Positions 19,294 through 30,284 of a DNA stretch of 64,000 bases are shown here, piece by piece. Within the stretch, counting starts at the first letter, position 1. Each line of letters opens with the position of its first letter. Both the position numbers and the translations under genes were made by a program. This stretch comes from Gammaproteobacteria bacterium. Lineage in GTDB: Bacteria; Pseudomonadota; Gammaproteobacteria; Eutrophobiales; Eutrophobiaceae. The DNA lies in assembly GCA_965243205.1 (NCBI GenBank), contig CBDEUK010000001.1, positions 160,001 through 224,000 on the forward strand, in the 5' to 3' direction. Below the pieces are notes generated by a model. It did no database searches. It was not told the DNA's origin and saw only the letters and a program-made list of their open reading frames with translations.

Positions 19294-20733
19294 TTAAGAA
19301 ATAAATCCAAATGGTAAAGACTGGCCTGGGCTCCAAAAATTACCCAAGTTAGGTAAAATGTATTGCATCTCTGTACTATTTGGATCAATGCCAAACCATT
19401 GAGCGATTTCTAAATAATATTGATCAACCGAAGATGTTGGCACTACGCGACCTCGACCAATATCAAGTGGGTTACCGGTATTTAAAGACACAGGGTAATC
19501 ACCATAGACTCGACCACCATTGATTACACCAGGTCCAAGCAATAACATATTGCCACCCCAAGCATGGTCAGTACCAGAACCATTAAATGTTAATGTTCGT
19601 GCAAAATCAGATGCCATAAATAATAAAACTTTACCTTCAGCACCAATTTCATAAATTGCATCATTAACGGCTTTTAGAACATCATTAATTTTTTGAATTT
19701 GAGGGGGATGGTTTTGATTAAAATTACCATGATGATCCCAATTACCCTCTTGAACAAAAAAGATTTGGCGAGTTTGTCCTAAAGCTTCTTGAACAGAAAT
19801 CGTTTTCATAATTTGTTCCATTTCTCGCCCTAAATTATTCTCAGGAAACTGAGTATTAAAATTAATATCTTCAGTATTAGCGTTATATTCAAGAGCCCCA
19901 TTAACAGCATTGAATTTTTTATTTGCAAAAGTATCTGCTAATAAATTGGCATATGTCGCATTCGTTAAGCTGTCATGAGAACGAGTTAATATGCGATCCA
20001 TTGTGCTACCACCACCATATCCGTTTAATACATCGGCACCACTGTATTCATTAAGAACGTATTGAAAAGTAGACTGGCCACTTAGCATAGTTCTCTCGCC
20101 GTCTAATGAGTAACAGATTGACAAAGCAGGGTTAGAATTAAATGAATCATTTAATAAATCAGAACAACGACCTGCCCAACCAGTTAAACCACTGCGAGTT
20201 TGAGGTACAGCTGTTTGCCAAGCGCGTTGATGATCAGAATGCGAAAATAAACCAACTGGAAAAGTAACGTCAGAATTCCTGAAGCGATCTCTATATTGTT
20301 GGGCAGTGATCGGCTCAACTAAGGTTCCAACATTTGCAACACATGCCAAATTGCCGTTGTTATACATATCACGACAATCTGTCATATTTGGGTGAAACGC
20401 GAATTGCCTACCTGAATTTGGATCGGTAATAGCTGTACTAATTAATTCATTGCGAGAATAGGCTACAGCGGTTCTAACGGCTTGATAATCTGCATGCTCA
20501 CTGTTTTCATATGGCATGAGCATGTTATAAGAATCATTACCACCGTTTAAAAACAAGCAAATCATTGCCTTGTAATCTGATTGTGGTACAGCTGCTGCCG
20601 CTGCTTGTGTCATTGTCAAAGACAACATTTGAGACAGCGCCGATGTTGATGCCATTGCAGAACAACCGCCAGTATATTTTAAAAAGTTTCGACGTGATGA
20701 ATTAAACTTTGAATGTTTACGTTGTTTACTCAT
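19294..20733 (-). CDS. DUF1501 family Tat-exported protein
   Basis: SRRNFLK twin-arginine signal; CLFLNGGNDSYN, FSHSDHQ, WDHH, SDFART and GTDHAWGG motifs. Confidence 0.9.
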   Translation of the reverse strand: MSKQRKHSKFNSSRRNFLKYTGGCSAMASTSALSQMLSLTMTQAAAAAVPQSDYKAMICLFLNGGNDSYNMLMPYENSEHADYQAVRTAVAYSRNELISTAITDPNSGRQFAFHPNMTDCRDMYNNGNLACVANVGTLVEPITAQQYRDRFRNSDVTFPVGLFSHSDHQRAWQTAVPQTRSGLTGWAGRCSDLLNDSFNSNPALSICYSLDGERTMLSGQSTFQYVLNEYSGADVLNGYGGGSTMDRILTRSHDSLTNATYANLLADTFANKKFNAVNGALEYNANTEDINFNTQFPENNLGREMEQIMKTISVQEALGQTRQIFFVQEGNWDHHGNFNQNHPPQIQKINDVLKAVNDAIYEIGAEGKVLLFMASDFARTLTFNGSGTDHAWGGNMLLLGPGVINGGRVYGDYPVSLNTGNPLDIGRGRVVPTSSVDQYYLEIAQWFGIDPNSTEMQYILPNLGNFWSPGQSLPFGFIS

Positions 20734-20772
20734 AATAAATTCCTCTATTTGCTATCGTTCTTAAATTAACAA

Positions 20773-22635
20773 TTAACGAACGACACATTCAGGTGCTTCG
20801 ACTAGTGACATAATCGTGCCTTCGGTAATATCTTTTGCACGTGTACTTGCATTTCTCGCCTCTTGACGAGTAATACCATAGAGCTCTCTTAAAAAGCTAA
20901 AGTTGACATTACCGCCACAGAGATAAACATTCAGCTTGTCAAAAAATGCTCTAGTACCTCCCGTGGATAATAAGTTTTGCCAATAATCAAAATGCACCAA
21001 CACATCTAATTCGCGTCGAGGTTCATTTTCTAATCGATAATACACACCCTCATCATCGGCTTCTCGAATGTAGTGACGATAGGTATCTGCAGTATCAACA
21101 ATTGAAGTGGTATCTATAATTTCAAATTCAGGAGACACAAGCGTTGAATTAACAACGTCCGCTGGATCAGGTGTGTAATTCGATACAGCACCTGGTGCTT
21201 GGTAATCAGGCTTATAAAAGTTGAACACACTCGGAGAACGATGAGCGCCTTGTTCAAAATCACTTGATAAATCAGGTAATGCCAAACGACCTAGAGTATA
21301 ATTTGAAGTTGCCTCAAACAACCTTAAGAAGGCAGTAAAGCGCATAATAGGCTCAATAACTTTAGTACGTTCCGTACCACCATTAAATATTTCTACACCA
21401 ATGACACGTTGGTTACGACTATTTCGTCTTACTCGATAATCATAATTATTTAAATTATGATCAGATAGTAGAATTGTTTTTATTACTTCACCTAAATCAC
21501 CTGAAGTATTAACAAATACAGTTGCGACTTCTTGTACATAAGCAGGTGAAGGATTAGACATTGTAAAACGTTGAATTAAACGGCGTGAAATAAAAGGCGC
21601 TGTATTTGGATGTGTGCTTAAAATATTTAACACAGCATCGAGATCTTGTTGCGCATTTTGACCGGCAGGTAAGATAGTACCATTGGTTAAATCGGTTAAA
21701 TCCTTTTCATCTGTATCATGCCAAAAAGTATCAAAAACCATTGGTAAGGAGAACACCGGCTCGTCATCAAAGAAGTTGCGAGTTGCATAATGCCAACCTG
21801 TAAATACTCTGGCCATTGTTCGAATGGTATTATTATCATAAGTATCGATTAAATTACCATTGCCATCGACTCTAAACGTTCCATCGATATTTAGCTCATG
21901 TAATCCTATTGAAAATAACTGCATGATCTCACGTGCATAGTTTTCATCTGGAAATAAATTATCTTGTGGAATCGGCTTAGGATTATTTGCATGACTTAAG
22001 AAACGCCCCATAACTGGATGCATGCTTACTTGACGTAGAAGATCTCGATAATTTCCAAAAGCATTACTTGTCATCAAATCATAGTAATAAGTCGAACCAA
22101 GAAATAATGGTTGCCCATTATTATCTTGATCAGAACGATGTAGATAAAAATCATCATCATTCACGACAAAAATCTGAGATAGCGCCCATGCCATACGCTG
22201 ACGTAATTGATCCTGTGATGTTAAACTGGAATGCCACCAAGCGTGATAACGATATTCATCGATACCATATACATTAACATTATCTTGGTTAAAGTAATCA
22301 ATGCCATCATCAGTCATCATTTGTCGTTCAAGCATATTATGCAAGGTCACTGGTAGAGTCATTTGATTATCAACCCATTCAGTTAATGCAGCTCTGTGAC
22401 CAATGGCAAGAATTCGCTGAGCTAAAGCTTCGGTTTCAGCAATCGTTGGTCCAAAAGTAGTTTGTGATAAAAACTGGCTGGCTTGAGCTTCAGCAATTAC
22501 TTGCTGATAATTTGTATCGTTCGCCGCTAATGCGCCACTGCGCGTAGGTGTCGCCGCAAACGAGAATTGACTAGAAAAAACAAGAAGAATAGAAATCCAG
22601 AACTTATGTATCTGGCCACAGTGCAACTTCTTCAT
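20773..22635 (-). CDS. DUF1800 family secreted protein
   Basis: FLSQTTFGP, DQLRQRMAWALSQIFVV, PDENYAREIMQLFSIGL, HPNTAPFISRRLIQR and SPSVFNFY; signal peptide. Confidence 0.9.
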   Translation of the reverse strand: MKKLHCGQIHKFWISILLVFSSQFSFAATPTRSGALAANDTNYQQVIAEAQASQFLSQTTFGPTIAETEALAQRILAIGHRAALTEWVDNQMTLPVTLHNMLERQMMTDDGIDYFNQDNVNVYGIDEYRYHAWWHSSLTSQDQLRQRMAWALSQIFVVNDDDFYLHRSDQDNNGQPLFLGSTYYYDLMTSNAFGNYRDLLRQVSMHPVMGRFLSHANNPKPIPQDNLFPDENYAREIMQLFSIGLHELNIDGTFRVDGNGNLIDTYDNNTIRTMARVFTGWHYATRNFFDDEPVFSLPMVFDTFWHDTDEKDLTDLTNGTILPAGQNAQQDLDAVLNILSTHPNTAPFISRRLIQRFTMSNPSPAYVQEVATVFVNTSGDLGEVIKTILLSDHNLNNYDYRVRRNSRNQRVIGVEIFNGGTERTKVIEPIMRFTAFLRLFEATSNYTLGRLALPDLSSDFEQGAHRSPSVFNFYKPDYQAPGAVSNYTPDPADVVNSTLVSPEFEIIDTTSIVDTADTYRHYIREADDEGVYYRLENEPRRELDVLVHFDYWQNLLSTGGTRAFFDKLNVYLCGGNVNFSFLRELYGITRQEARNASTRAKDITEGTIMSLVEAPECVVR

Positions 22636-22768
22636 GGTCAAGTATCTCCAAACTATTAATACGAGTATTTATCCTTGATTTAGAATTAGTTTGTAGTTAT
22701 TTAATTTCAATTTAGTACTACATCCATAACAAGGTAACGGGATTGTTGCACTAAAACTAAAGGCTAAC

Positions 22769-22856
22769 TATGAAATGGTTCACATACGATTAGTGAAATT
22801 AGGCAAACTTGTTCACAAAAAAAATGCGGAAGCCCTAAATTGTGAACTAGTTATCA
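22769..22856. promoter_or_regulatory. cluster of CRP-family-like sites upstream of the DUF1800 operon
   Basis: TATGA-N6-TCACA (22769-22784), GGCAA-N6-TCACA (22802-22817) and TGTGA-N6-TATCA (22841-22856), compared with consensus TGTGA-N6-TCACA. Confidence 0.4.
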
Positions 22857-22893
22857 TTTAAGAAAGGGATATTAAAATAATAAATAAAAGTAT

Positions 22894-24204
<1,311 letters not shown>

Positions 24205-24212
24205 TTAATTTA

Positions 24213-25394
24213 TTATAATGACTGAACAGTCCATTCTTCGTTATGTTTAATTAAAGTCCTATCACATCCCATTGCTTTAGCACCACCAGTTTGTCCTGGT
24301 AATTCATTAATGACTGTTTCACCCTGCTCTCTTAACTCTAAGATTTTTTTTGTTAAAGTTTCATCTTTTATAGAAGGTGCAAAAATCGCTTTAAACTCTT
24401 TAGCCGGTTTATTGGATAATTTCATCAATAATTTTATATCCGCACTAAAACCGGTCGCAGCTCGTGAACGACCAAATGAAACACCCACATTATCATAACG
24501 CCCACCAAATGCGATGCCAGAACCTTGGCCTGGTACATAAGCTGAAAACATAATTCCAGTATGATAGTGATAACCACGTAAATCCGCTAAATCAAAAAAT
24601 AATGGTGCCTTTGGATGAGTAGATACAACTTGTTCATAAAGCTTTTTCAATTCATTTAGATAATTTTTAATTTTTTCATTTTTAAAAAATCGATCTGCTT
24701 CATCCAAAATTGAAACTTCACCATTAAATTCAATCAGTTTTTCAAACGGAAGCAATTCATTTTTAGCTAAATTCCATTGCTGTATTTTTTCATGCAGTTC
24801 AGGTATGGCTTTGCGTTGCAAGATGTTAAATAACTCAGCTTGTTGTTGTTGAGTTAAATCTGTTTCGCTGATTAATGCATTAAAAATCGCAACATGACCT
24901 ATATCAATATGAATATTATCAATACCAATCTTTTCTAGTATGCACAGTAATAAACAAAGAGTTTCTGCATCGCTTTCAATACCACTATGACCAAATAACT
25001 CGGCACCTACTTGTAATGGACTTCGTGTTCCACCATGACTATTTGGTTTTGTATGCAATACGGTACCTAGATAGCAGAGCCTCTCAGGTACATCACGTTT
25101 TAAATAATGAGCATCAATTCTTGCGACTTGAGGAGTGGTATCTGCACGTATACCCATCATCCGTCCTGTTAACAAATCAGTGATCTTAAAAGTTTGTAAT
25201 TCTAAGTCTTCACCTGTACCTGTTAAAAGCGAGTCAAGGTATTCAATCATCGGTGGAATTACTAATTGATAACCCCAACTTTGAAAGGTATCAATCACAA
25301 TTCGACAAATTTCTTCTAACCTGGTCGCTTCAGGAGGTAAAATTTCCTCAATGCCTTCCGGTAACAACCATGAGTTTTTTTCTTGGTTACTCAT
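24213..25394 (-). CDS. hisZ: ATP phosphoribosyltransferase regulatory subunit
   Basis: WLLPEGIEE, RADTTPQVARIDAH and GGRYD; HisRS-like fold upstream of purA. Confidence 0.93.
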   Translation of the reverse strand: MSNQEKNSWLLPEGIEEILPPEATRLEEICRIVIDTFQSWGYQLVIPPMIEYLDSLLTGTGEDLELQTFKITDLLTGRMMGIRADTTPQVARIDAHYLKRDVPERLCYLGTVLHTKPNSHGGTRSPLQVGAELFGHSGIESDAETLCLLLCILEKIGIDNIHIDIGHVAIFNALISETDLTQQQQAELFNILQRKAIPELHEKIQQWNLAKNELLPFEKLIEFNGEVSILDEADRFFKNEKIKNYLNELKKLYEQVVSTHPKAPLFFDLADLRGYHYHTGIMFSAYVPGQGSGIAFGGRYDNVGVSFGRSRAATGFSADIKLLMKLSNKPAKEFKAIFAPSIKDETLTKKILELREQGETVINELPGQTGGAKAMGCDRTLIKHNEEWTVQSL

Positions 25395-25579
25395 AATGAA
25401 ATAAAAAATAAAATGATTAGCCCTGTAATCATACTAGTTAAGCCAAGTAAACGTATCTCCGATGTTTTCATATTAAAAACCATTGCCATCATTTCACGCC
25501 ATTTATTGGGTGAAATAAAAGGTAGGATACCTTCCATAATTAACATTAATGCAAATGCTGTTATAAAAACTGAAATCAT
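25391..25579 (-). CDS. yjeT: DUF2065 (YjeT) small membrane protein
   Basis: ALMLIMEGILPFISPNKWR; located after hflC. Confidence 0.88.
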   Translation of the reverse strand: MISVFITAFALMLIMEGILPFISPNKWREMMAMVFNMKTSEIRLLGLTSMITGLIILFFISL

Positions 25580-25663
25580 GAAGGCCCTTCAGTATTCATC
25601 AAAGGATATAAAAGATTATATTATTTACGTTTAACAAACATAGAAGCGGTAAAAACTGAATTT

Positions 25664-26533
25664 TTATTGGCCATTTTGGTTATTAAAGTATTTAAAAAAT
25701 TCAGAATCTGGTGCAAGTAATAATACGTTATCGCTATTATTAAAACTTTTTTGATAAGCATTTAAACTACGATATAAAGCATAAAACTCTTCATCTTTAC
25801 CATAAGCGGCGGCATAAACTTCTGTTGCTTGAGCATCGCCTTCACCACGAATCGTTTCAGCTTCGCGATAAGCATCCGCTAAGATCACTTGACGTTCACG
25901 GTCAGCATTCGCTTGAATTCGTTCAGCAGCCTCTGCACCTTTCGCACGTAGTTCTTTAGCAACTCTAACTCGCTCAGAACGCATACGTTGGTATACTTCA
26001 CTACTGACTTCTTCAGGAAGATCGATACGTTTGGTACGTACATCTACAACCTCAATTCCATACTGTTGGATCATAGTTTCTGAAATATTACCAACGATGC
26101 TTAAAATTTCAGTACGTTCGCCAGCAACCACTTCTTGTACGGATCGTTTACCAAACTCATCTCGCAATGCCTGGTTTATACTTTGACCAATCAAACCATT
26201 CGCGTATTCAATATCACCACCACGAGTTGATGTATAAAATTTCTTAACATCGATAATGCGCCATTTAGCATAATAATCAACATTCAAATCTTTCTTTTCC
26301 GATGTAAGAAAACGCCCAGGGTCACGATCCAAATTTAATACTCTGGTTTCAAATTTGTGGGCTGTATTAATAAATAGAGGCCACATAAAATGTAAACCCG
26401 GCTTAGATTCAGCTCGAACAATTTCACCAAACTGGATCACTACAGCCTGTTCGGACTCTTTAACTTTAAATACGCCTGTAAGCCCAATTAATAATAAAAC
26501 TACGAAAACCATAAACAGAGTTCTTATATTCAT
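25664..26533 (-). CDS. hflC: FtsH modulator HflC
   Basis: SPFH domain, RMRSER and FYALYRSLNAY. Confidence 0.95.
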   Translation of the reverse strand: MNIRTLFMVFVVLLLIGLTGVFKVKESEQAVVIQFGEIVRAESKPGLHFMWPLFINTAHKFETRVLNLDRDPGRFLTSEKKDLNVDYYAKWRIIDVKKFYTSTRGGDIEYANGLIGQSINQALRDEFGKRSVQEVVAGERTEILSIVGNISETMIQQYGIEVVDVRTKRIDLPEEVSSEVYQRMRSERVRVAKELRAKGAEAAERIQANADRERQVILADAYREAETIRGEGDAQATEVYAAAYGKDEEFYALYRSLNAYQKSFNNSDNVLLLAPDSEFFKYFNNQNGQ

Positions 26534-27663
26534 TAACGTAGTCCTCTTAATCTATCGTCAACTGAATTAGTGGACGGAGTATTAACTGTTGCTGATGGTT
26601 GACGATAATTATTATTAGTACCTCCACCCAATTGATTATTTTTGATTAATTGATCAATTGGTAAATACATCAAGCTATTACTACTCTCAGCATCCATCAG
26701 TACTTTATTTGAGTTTGATAAGACATTTTCCATTGCATCTAAGTATAAACGTTGACGAGTAATCTCAGGAGCACGCTTATATTCTTTAAGTTGTTGAGCA
26801 AAACGACTAGCCTCACCTTCAGCCTTTGCAATGACGCTGGCTTTATAACCATTGGCTTCTTCACGTAACCTTGCAGCCTCACCTCGAGCACGCGGTATAA
26901 TTTCATTACGATAGGCTTCAGCTTCATTCACTTTACGTTCTCTATCTTCGCGTGCCTTGATCACATCATCAAAAGCGTCTTTAACCTGTTCAGGTGGTTT
27001 AGAAGATTGCAATTCTACGCCTACGATACTGATGCCAGTTTCATAATCATCAAGAATATCTTGGAGAAGAGCTTGTTGTGTTGAGGCAATTTCACTACGA
27101 CCTTCAGTCAAAATAAAGTCTAATTTAGATTTACCGATCACTTCACGCACTGCACTTTCTGTTGCTTGTATTAATGTTGATAAAGGATCATTTACTTTAA
27201 ATAGATACTTGGCAGGCTCGGCGATTTGCCATTTCACGGAAACATCGACATCAACGATGTTTTCATCCTGGGTCAACATTGTTGCTCTACTGGTTATTTG
27301 ACGAACCTGGCCCACATTCACTTTTTCTACAGTTTCTATTGGTCGAGGAAATCGAAAGTTTAAACCTGGTTGGATAGTTGTAACGTATTCACCAAATCTT
27401 AGAACAACTCCACGTTCCTGTTGATTGATGGTGTAAGTGACGTCATATATTAACCACGCAAATACAGCGAGTAGTAAAAAAGCCCACGGAATATTTTCAC
27501 CTTCGCCTGAGCTTGAATTGCCCGATTTATTTCCGAACAAACCACCCAAACCTTTTTGCCACTTTTTCATCATCTCATCGAGATCAGGCGGGCCATCATT
27601 ATTGCCACGATTACCCCATGGATCTTTATCGTTGTTATCACCAGAAGGCTCATTCCAGCCCAT
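26533..27663 (-). CDS. hflK: FtsH modulator HflK
   Basis: MGWNEP...DPWG...GPPDLDE, MLTQDENIV and APEITRQRLYL. Confidence 0.96.
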   Translation of the reverse strand: MGWNEPSGDNNDKDPWGNRGNNDGPPDLDEMMKKWQKGLGGLFGNKSGNSSSGEGENIPWAFLLLAVFAWLIYDVTYTINQQERGVVLRFGEYVTTIQPGLNFRFPRPIETVEKVNVGQVRQITSRATMLTQDENIVDVDVSVKWQIAEPAKYLFKVNDPLSTLIQATESAVREVIGKSKLDFILTEGRSEIASTQQALLQDILDDYETGISIVGVELQSSKPPEQVKDAFDDVIKAREDRERKVNEAEAYRNEIIPRARGEAARLREEANGYKASVIAKAEGEASRFAQQLKEYKRAPEITRQRLYLDAMENVLSNSNKVLMDAESSNSLMYLPIDQLIKNNQLGGGTNNNYRQPSATVNTPSTNSVDDRLRGLR

Positions 27664-27684
27664 GATTGCTACTCTCCAGTTTGA

Positions 27685-28980
27685 TTAGTTAATTAATTCG
27701 CCTTGTAAAACGGCAGTTGAGACGCCTGATTGCTTACAAAAAAGCTCTAATGTGGTTTTATCAAGATGGATATCCATCACCCAACCACCCTTTTCATCAG
27801 TGGTTTCCTGTTCAACCACGCCTGCATTGAATAATTGAGCACGTAATTTGCCAGCACTTGGCGGGATATGCAATTGATGAAAGGCATTTTTTTCATAAAC
27901 AAAAGAATTAATAGCATCTTTTAGTAACTCTTGGCCTTCACGAGTCTTAGCGGATAACCAAATATGAGTTGCTACACCCGCTTCATTCTCTCGAATTTTA
28001 GCTGAAAAAGCGTCATCTAAATCGATTTTGTTATAGACCATTAACTGAGGCACATCACCTGCCTCAATTTCATCGATCACCTCATTGACCTGATCAATGT
28101 GATTTTGTCGTTGCGGATCATTCACGTCCACAACATGTAACAACAAATCCGCTTGTTTCACTTCTAATAAGGTTGCGTGGAATGATTCAATCAAATCATG
28201 AGGAATTTGACGAATGAAACCAACCGTATCTGATAATACAATAGGATGATTACCTTCTAATACACAACGACGTTGAGTCGCGTCTAAGGTCGCAAACAAT
28301 TGATCAGCAGCATAAACTTTAGCATCGGTTAAGGTATTAAACAGAGTTGATTTGCCTGCATTGGTATAGCCTACCAATGCCACCAATGGTACTTTGGAAC
28401 GTAATCGTCGTTGTCGACCTTGCTGACGTTGTTGTTTAACTTTTTCTAATCGAGCTTTGATTGTCTTGATGCGCTGGCGTAATAATCGACGGTCGGTTTC
28501 TAACTGGGTCTCACCAGGACCTCTGAGGCCGATACCACCTTTTTGGCGCTCCAAGTGAGTCCAACCTCTGATAAGTCGAGTTGATAGATGAGTCAATTGA
28601 GCTAGTTCAACCTGTAACTTACCTTCATAACTGGAAGCACGTTGAGCAAAGATATCTAGAATTAAACCTACTCGGTCAATCACTCGTGCTTTGCACAGTT
28701 TTTCTAAATTACGTTCCTGACTCGGAGAAAGAGAATGATTAAAAATGATCAGCTTTATATCCAAGGCTTGGCATTGCATGGCAATTTCTTCGGCCTTACC
28801 CTGACCAACAAAATATTTTGGATCAGGGGTTTGGCGACTACCTTGAATAACAGCTTCAGGCTTAAGATTGGCAGATTCGACCAATTGGACGAACTCATTA
28901 TGATCATCCTCGAATTCGCCAGTATGAAAATCTATATGGACAAGTACTGCTTGTTCTTTATCGTCAGCTATTTGATTCAA
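27685..28980 (-). CDS. hflX: ribosome-splitting GTPase HflX
   Basis: GPGETQLETDRR, GYTNAGKST, DTVGF and NKID. Confidence 0.97.
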   Translation of the reverse strand: MNQIADDKEQAVLVHIDFHTGEFEDDHNEFVQLVESANLKPEAVIQGSRQTPDPKYFVGQGKAEEIAMQCQALDIKLIIFNHSLSPSQERNLEKLCKARVIDRVGLILDIFAQRASSYEGKLQVELAQLTHLSTRLIRGWTHLERQKGGIGLRGPGETQLETDRRLLRQRIKTIKARLEKVKQQRQQGRQRRLRSKVPLVALVGYTNAGKSTLFNTLTDAKVYAADQLFATLDATQRRCVLEGNHPIVLSDTVGFIRQIPHDLIESFHATLLEVKQADLLLHVVDVNDPQRQNHIDQVNEVIDEIEAGDVPQLMVYNKIDLDDAFSAKIRENEAGVATHIWLSAKTREGQELLKDAINSFVYEKNAFHQLHIPPSAGKLRAQLFNAGVVEQETTDEKGGWVMDIHLDKTTLELFCKQSGVSTAVLQGELIN

Positions 28981-29006
28981 ATAAAGCGTACCACCTAGAC
29001 CCAGAA

Positions 29007-29246
29007 TTAATCAGCGTCTTCTTCATCAGCCCTTGGCATTTTGACATTTTTCGCTGGAACGATAGTCGAAATGGCATGTTTATAGACCAGTTGATTCACT
29101 GAATTTTTCAATAAAACCACAAATTGATCAAATGACTCAACCTGTCCTTGTAGTTTAATCCCATTGACTAAGTAAATGGATACAGGTATCCGCTCCTTTC
29201 TGAGTGCATTGAGAAATGGGTCTTGTAACGTATGCCCTTTGCTCAT
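29007..29246 (-). CDS. hfq: RNA chaperone Hfq
   Basis: [12 protein letters not shown]...[11 protein letters not shown]. Confidence 0.98.
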   Translation of the reverse strand: MSKGHTLQDPFLNALRKERIPVSIYLVNGIKLQGQVESFDQFVVLLKNSVNQLVYKHAISTIVPAKNVKMPRADEEDAD

Positions 29247-29343
29247 TGGATTTCTCCTTATTTTTATTAATTATCCTGGCTCACCAGCATGTGGCCAAAA
29301 AATAATCATTATTTATTGTATATATACGAATGTAATGCTGATT

Positions 29344-30282
29344 TTACCCGAAATTTTGCAGTTTTGGGTATTGAATCAGACTATCTACTACTTTATGCCA
29401 TTTTTGCTCGTCCTGCGAGTTAATAGTAATGACATTTTCTTCCTTACGAAACCATGTCATTTGGCGTTTTGCCAATTGACGCGTTGCAATAATAGCGTGT
29501 TTTTGCATTTCATCATAGTCTAGCTCACCATCTAAATATCGCCACACCTGTCTATAGCCAACTAAACGCATTGAAGGCAATGAAGAATTTAACTCTTCAC
29601 GTTGAAATAATGACTCAACTTCTTCAATAAAACCCTGTTCAAGCATTTTAATAAACCGTTGTTTGCAAATATCACGATGAGCTTCTCGCGATTCAGGCAT
29701 TAGTAATATTTTAACAATTTCATCATTGAGAGCTTGGTTTTGTCGATTATTCAGTAACTCACTCATGGGGTTACCAGTGATCTCATAAACTTCTAGTGCT
29801 CGCTGAATACGCTGAGGATCATTGTAATTAATTCGTAAAGCTGACTGAGGATCGATCTGTTGTAATCGTTTGTATAAAACATCTAAACCTTGTTCTCTAT
29901 ATTCCTTATCTAAACGCTGGCGAATACTGGTATCTGCGCTTGGTAACTGACTCAATCCTTCTGACAGACTTTTAAAATATAAACCCGTGCCACCTACTAA
30001 CAATGGTATTTTATTTCTCGCTTGAATTTGCTTAATCTCAGACAAGGCATCGGTTCTGAATTGCGCAGCAGAATAAGTTTGAGTAGGTTCACAAATATCT
30101 ATTAAACGATGCGGTGCTTTAGCTAAAACACTAGGTTCAGGCTTTGCAGTACCAATATCCATTCCCTTATACACCATGGCAGAATCCACACTGATAATTT
30201 CCATCGGAAATTTTTGTATAAGTTCAATCGCAACATCAGTCTTGCCAGTTGCAGTAGGTCCCATTAAAAAAACAACAGCCAT
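29344..30282 (-). CDS. miaA: tRNA dimethylallyltransferase
   Basis: GPTATGKT, ISVDSAMVYKGMDIGTAKP and TRQLAKRQMTW. Confidence 0.97.
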   Translation of the reverse strand: MAVVFLMGPTATGKTDVAIELIQKFPMEIISVDSAMVYKGMDIGTAKPEPSVLAKAPHRLIDICEPTQTYSAAQFRTDALSEIKQIQARNKIPLLVGGTGLYFKSLSEGLSQLPSADTSIRQRLDKEYREQGLDVLYKRLQQIDPQSALRINYNDPQRIQRALEVYEITGNPMSELLNNRQNQALNDEIVKILLMPESREAHRDICKQRFIKMLEQGFIEEVESLFQREELNSSLPSMRLVGYRQVWRYLDGELDYDEMQKHAIIATRQLAKRQMTWFRKEENVITINSQDEQKWHKVVDSLIQYPKLQNFG

Positions 30283-30284
30283 TA

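Noticed and set aside
25383-25634. 83-aa plus-strand ORF between hisZ and hflC
   Set aside because: Antisense to the better-supported yjeT/DUF2065 gene.
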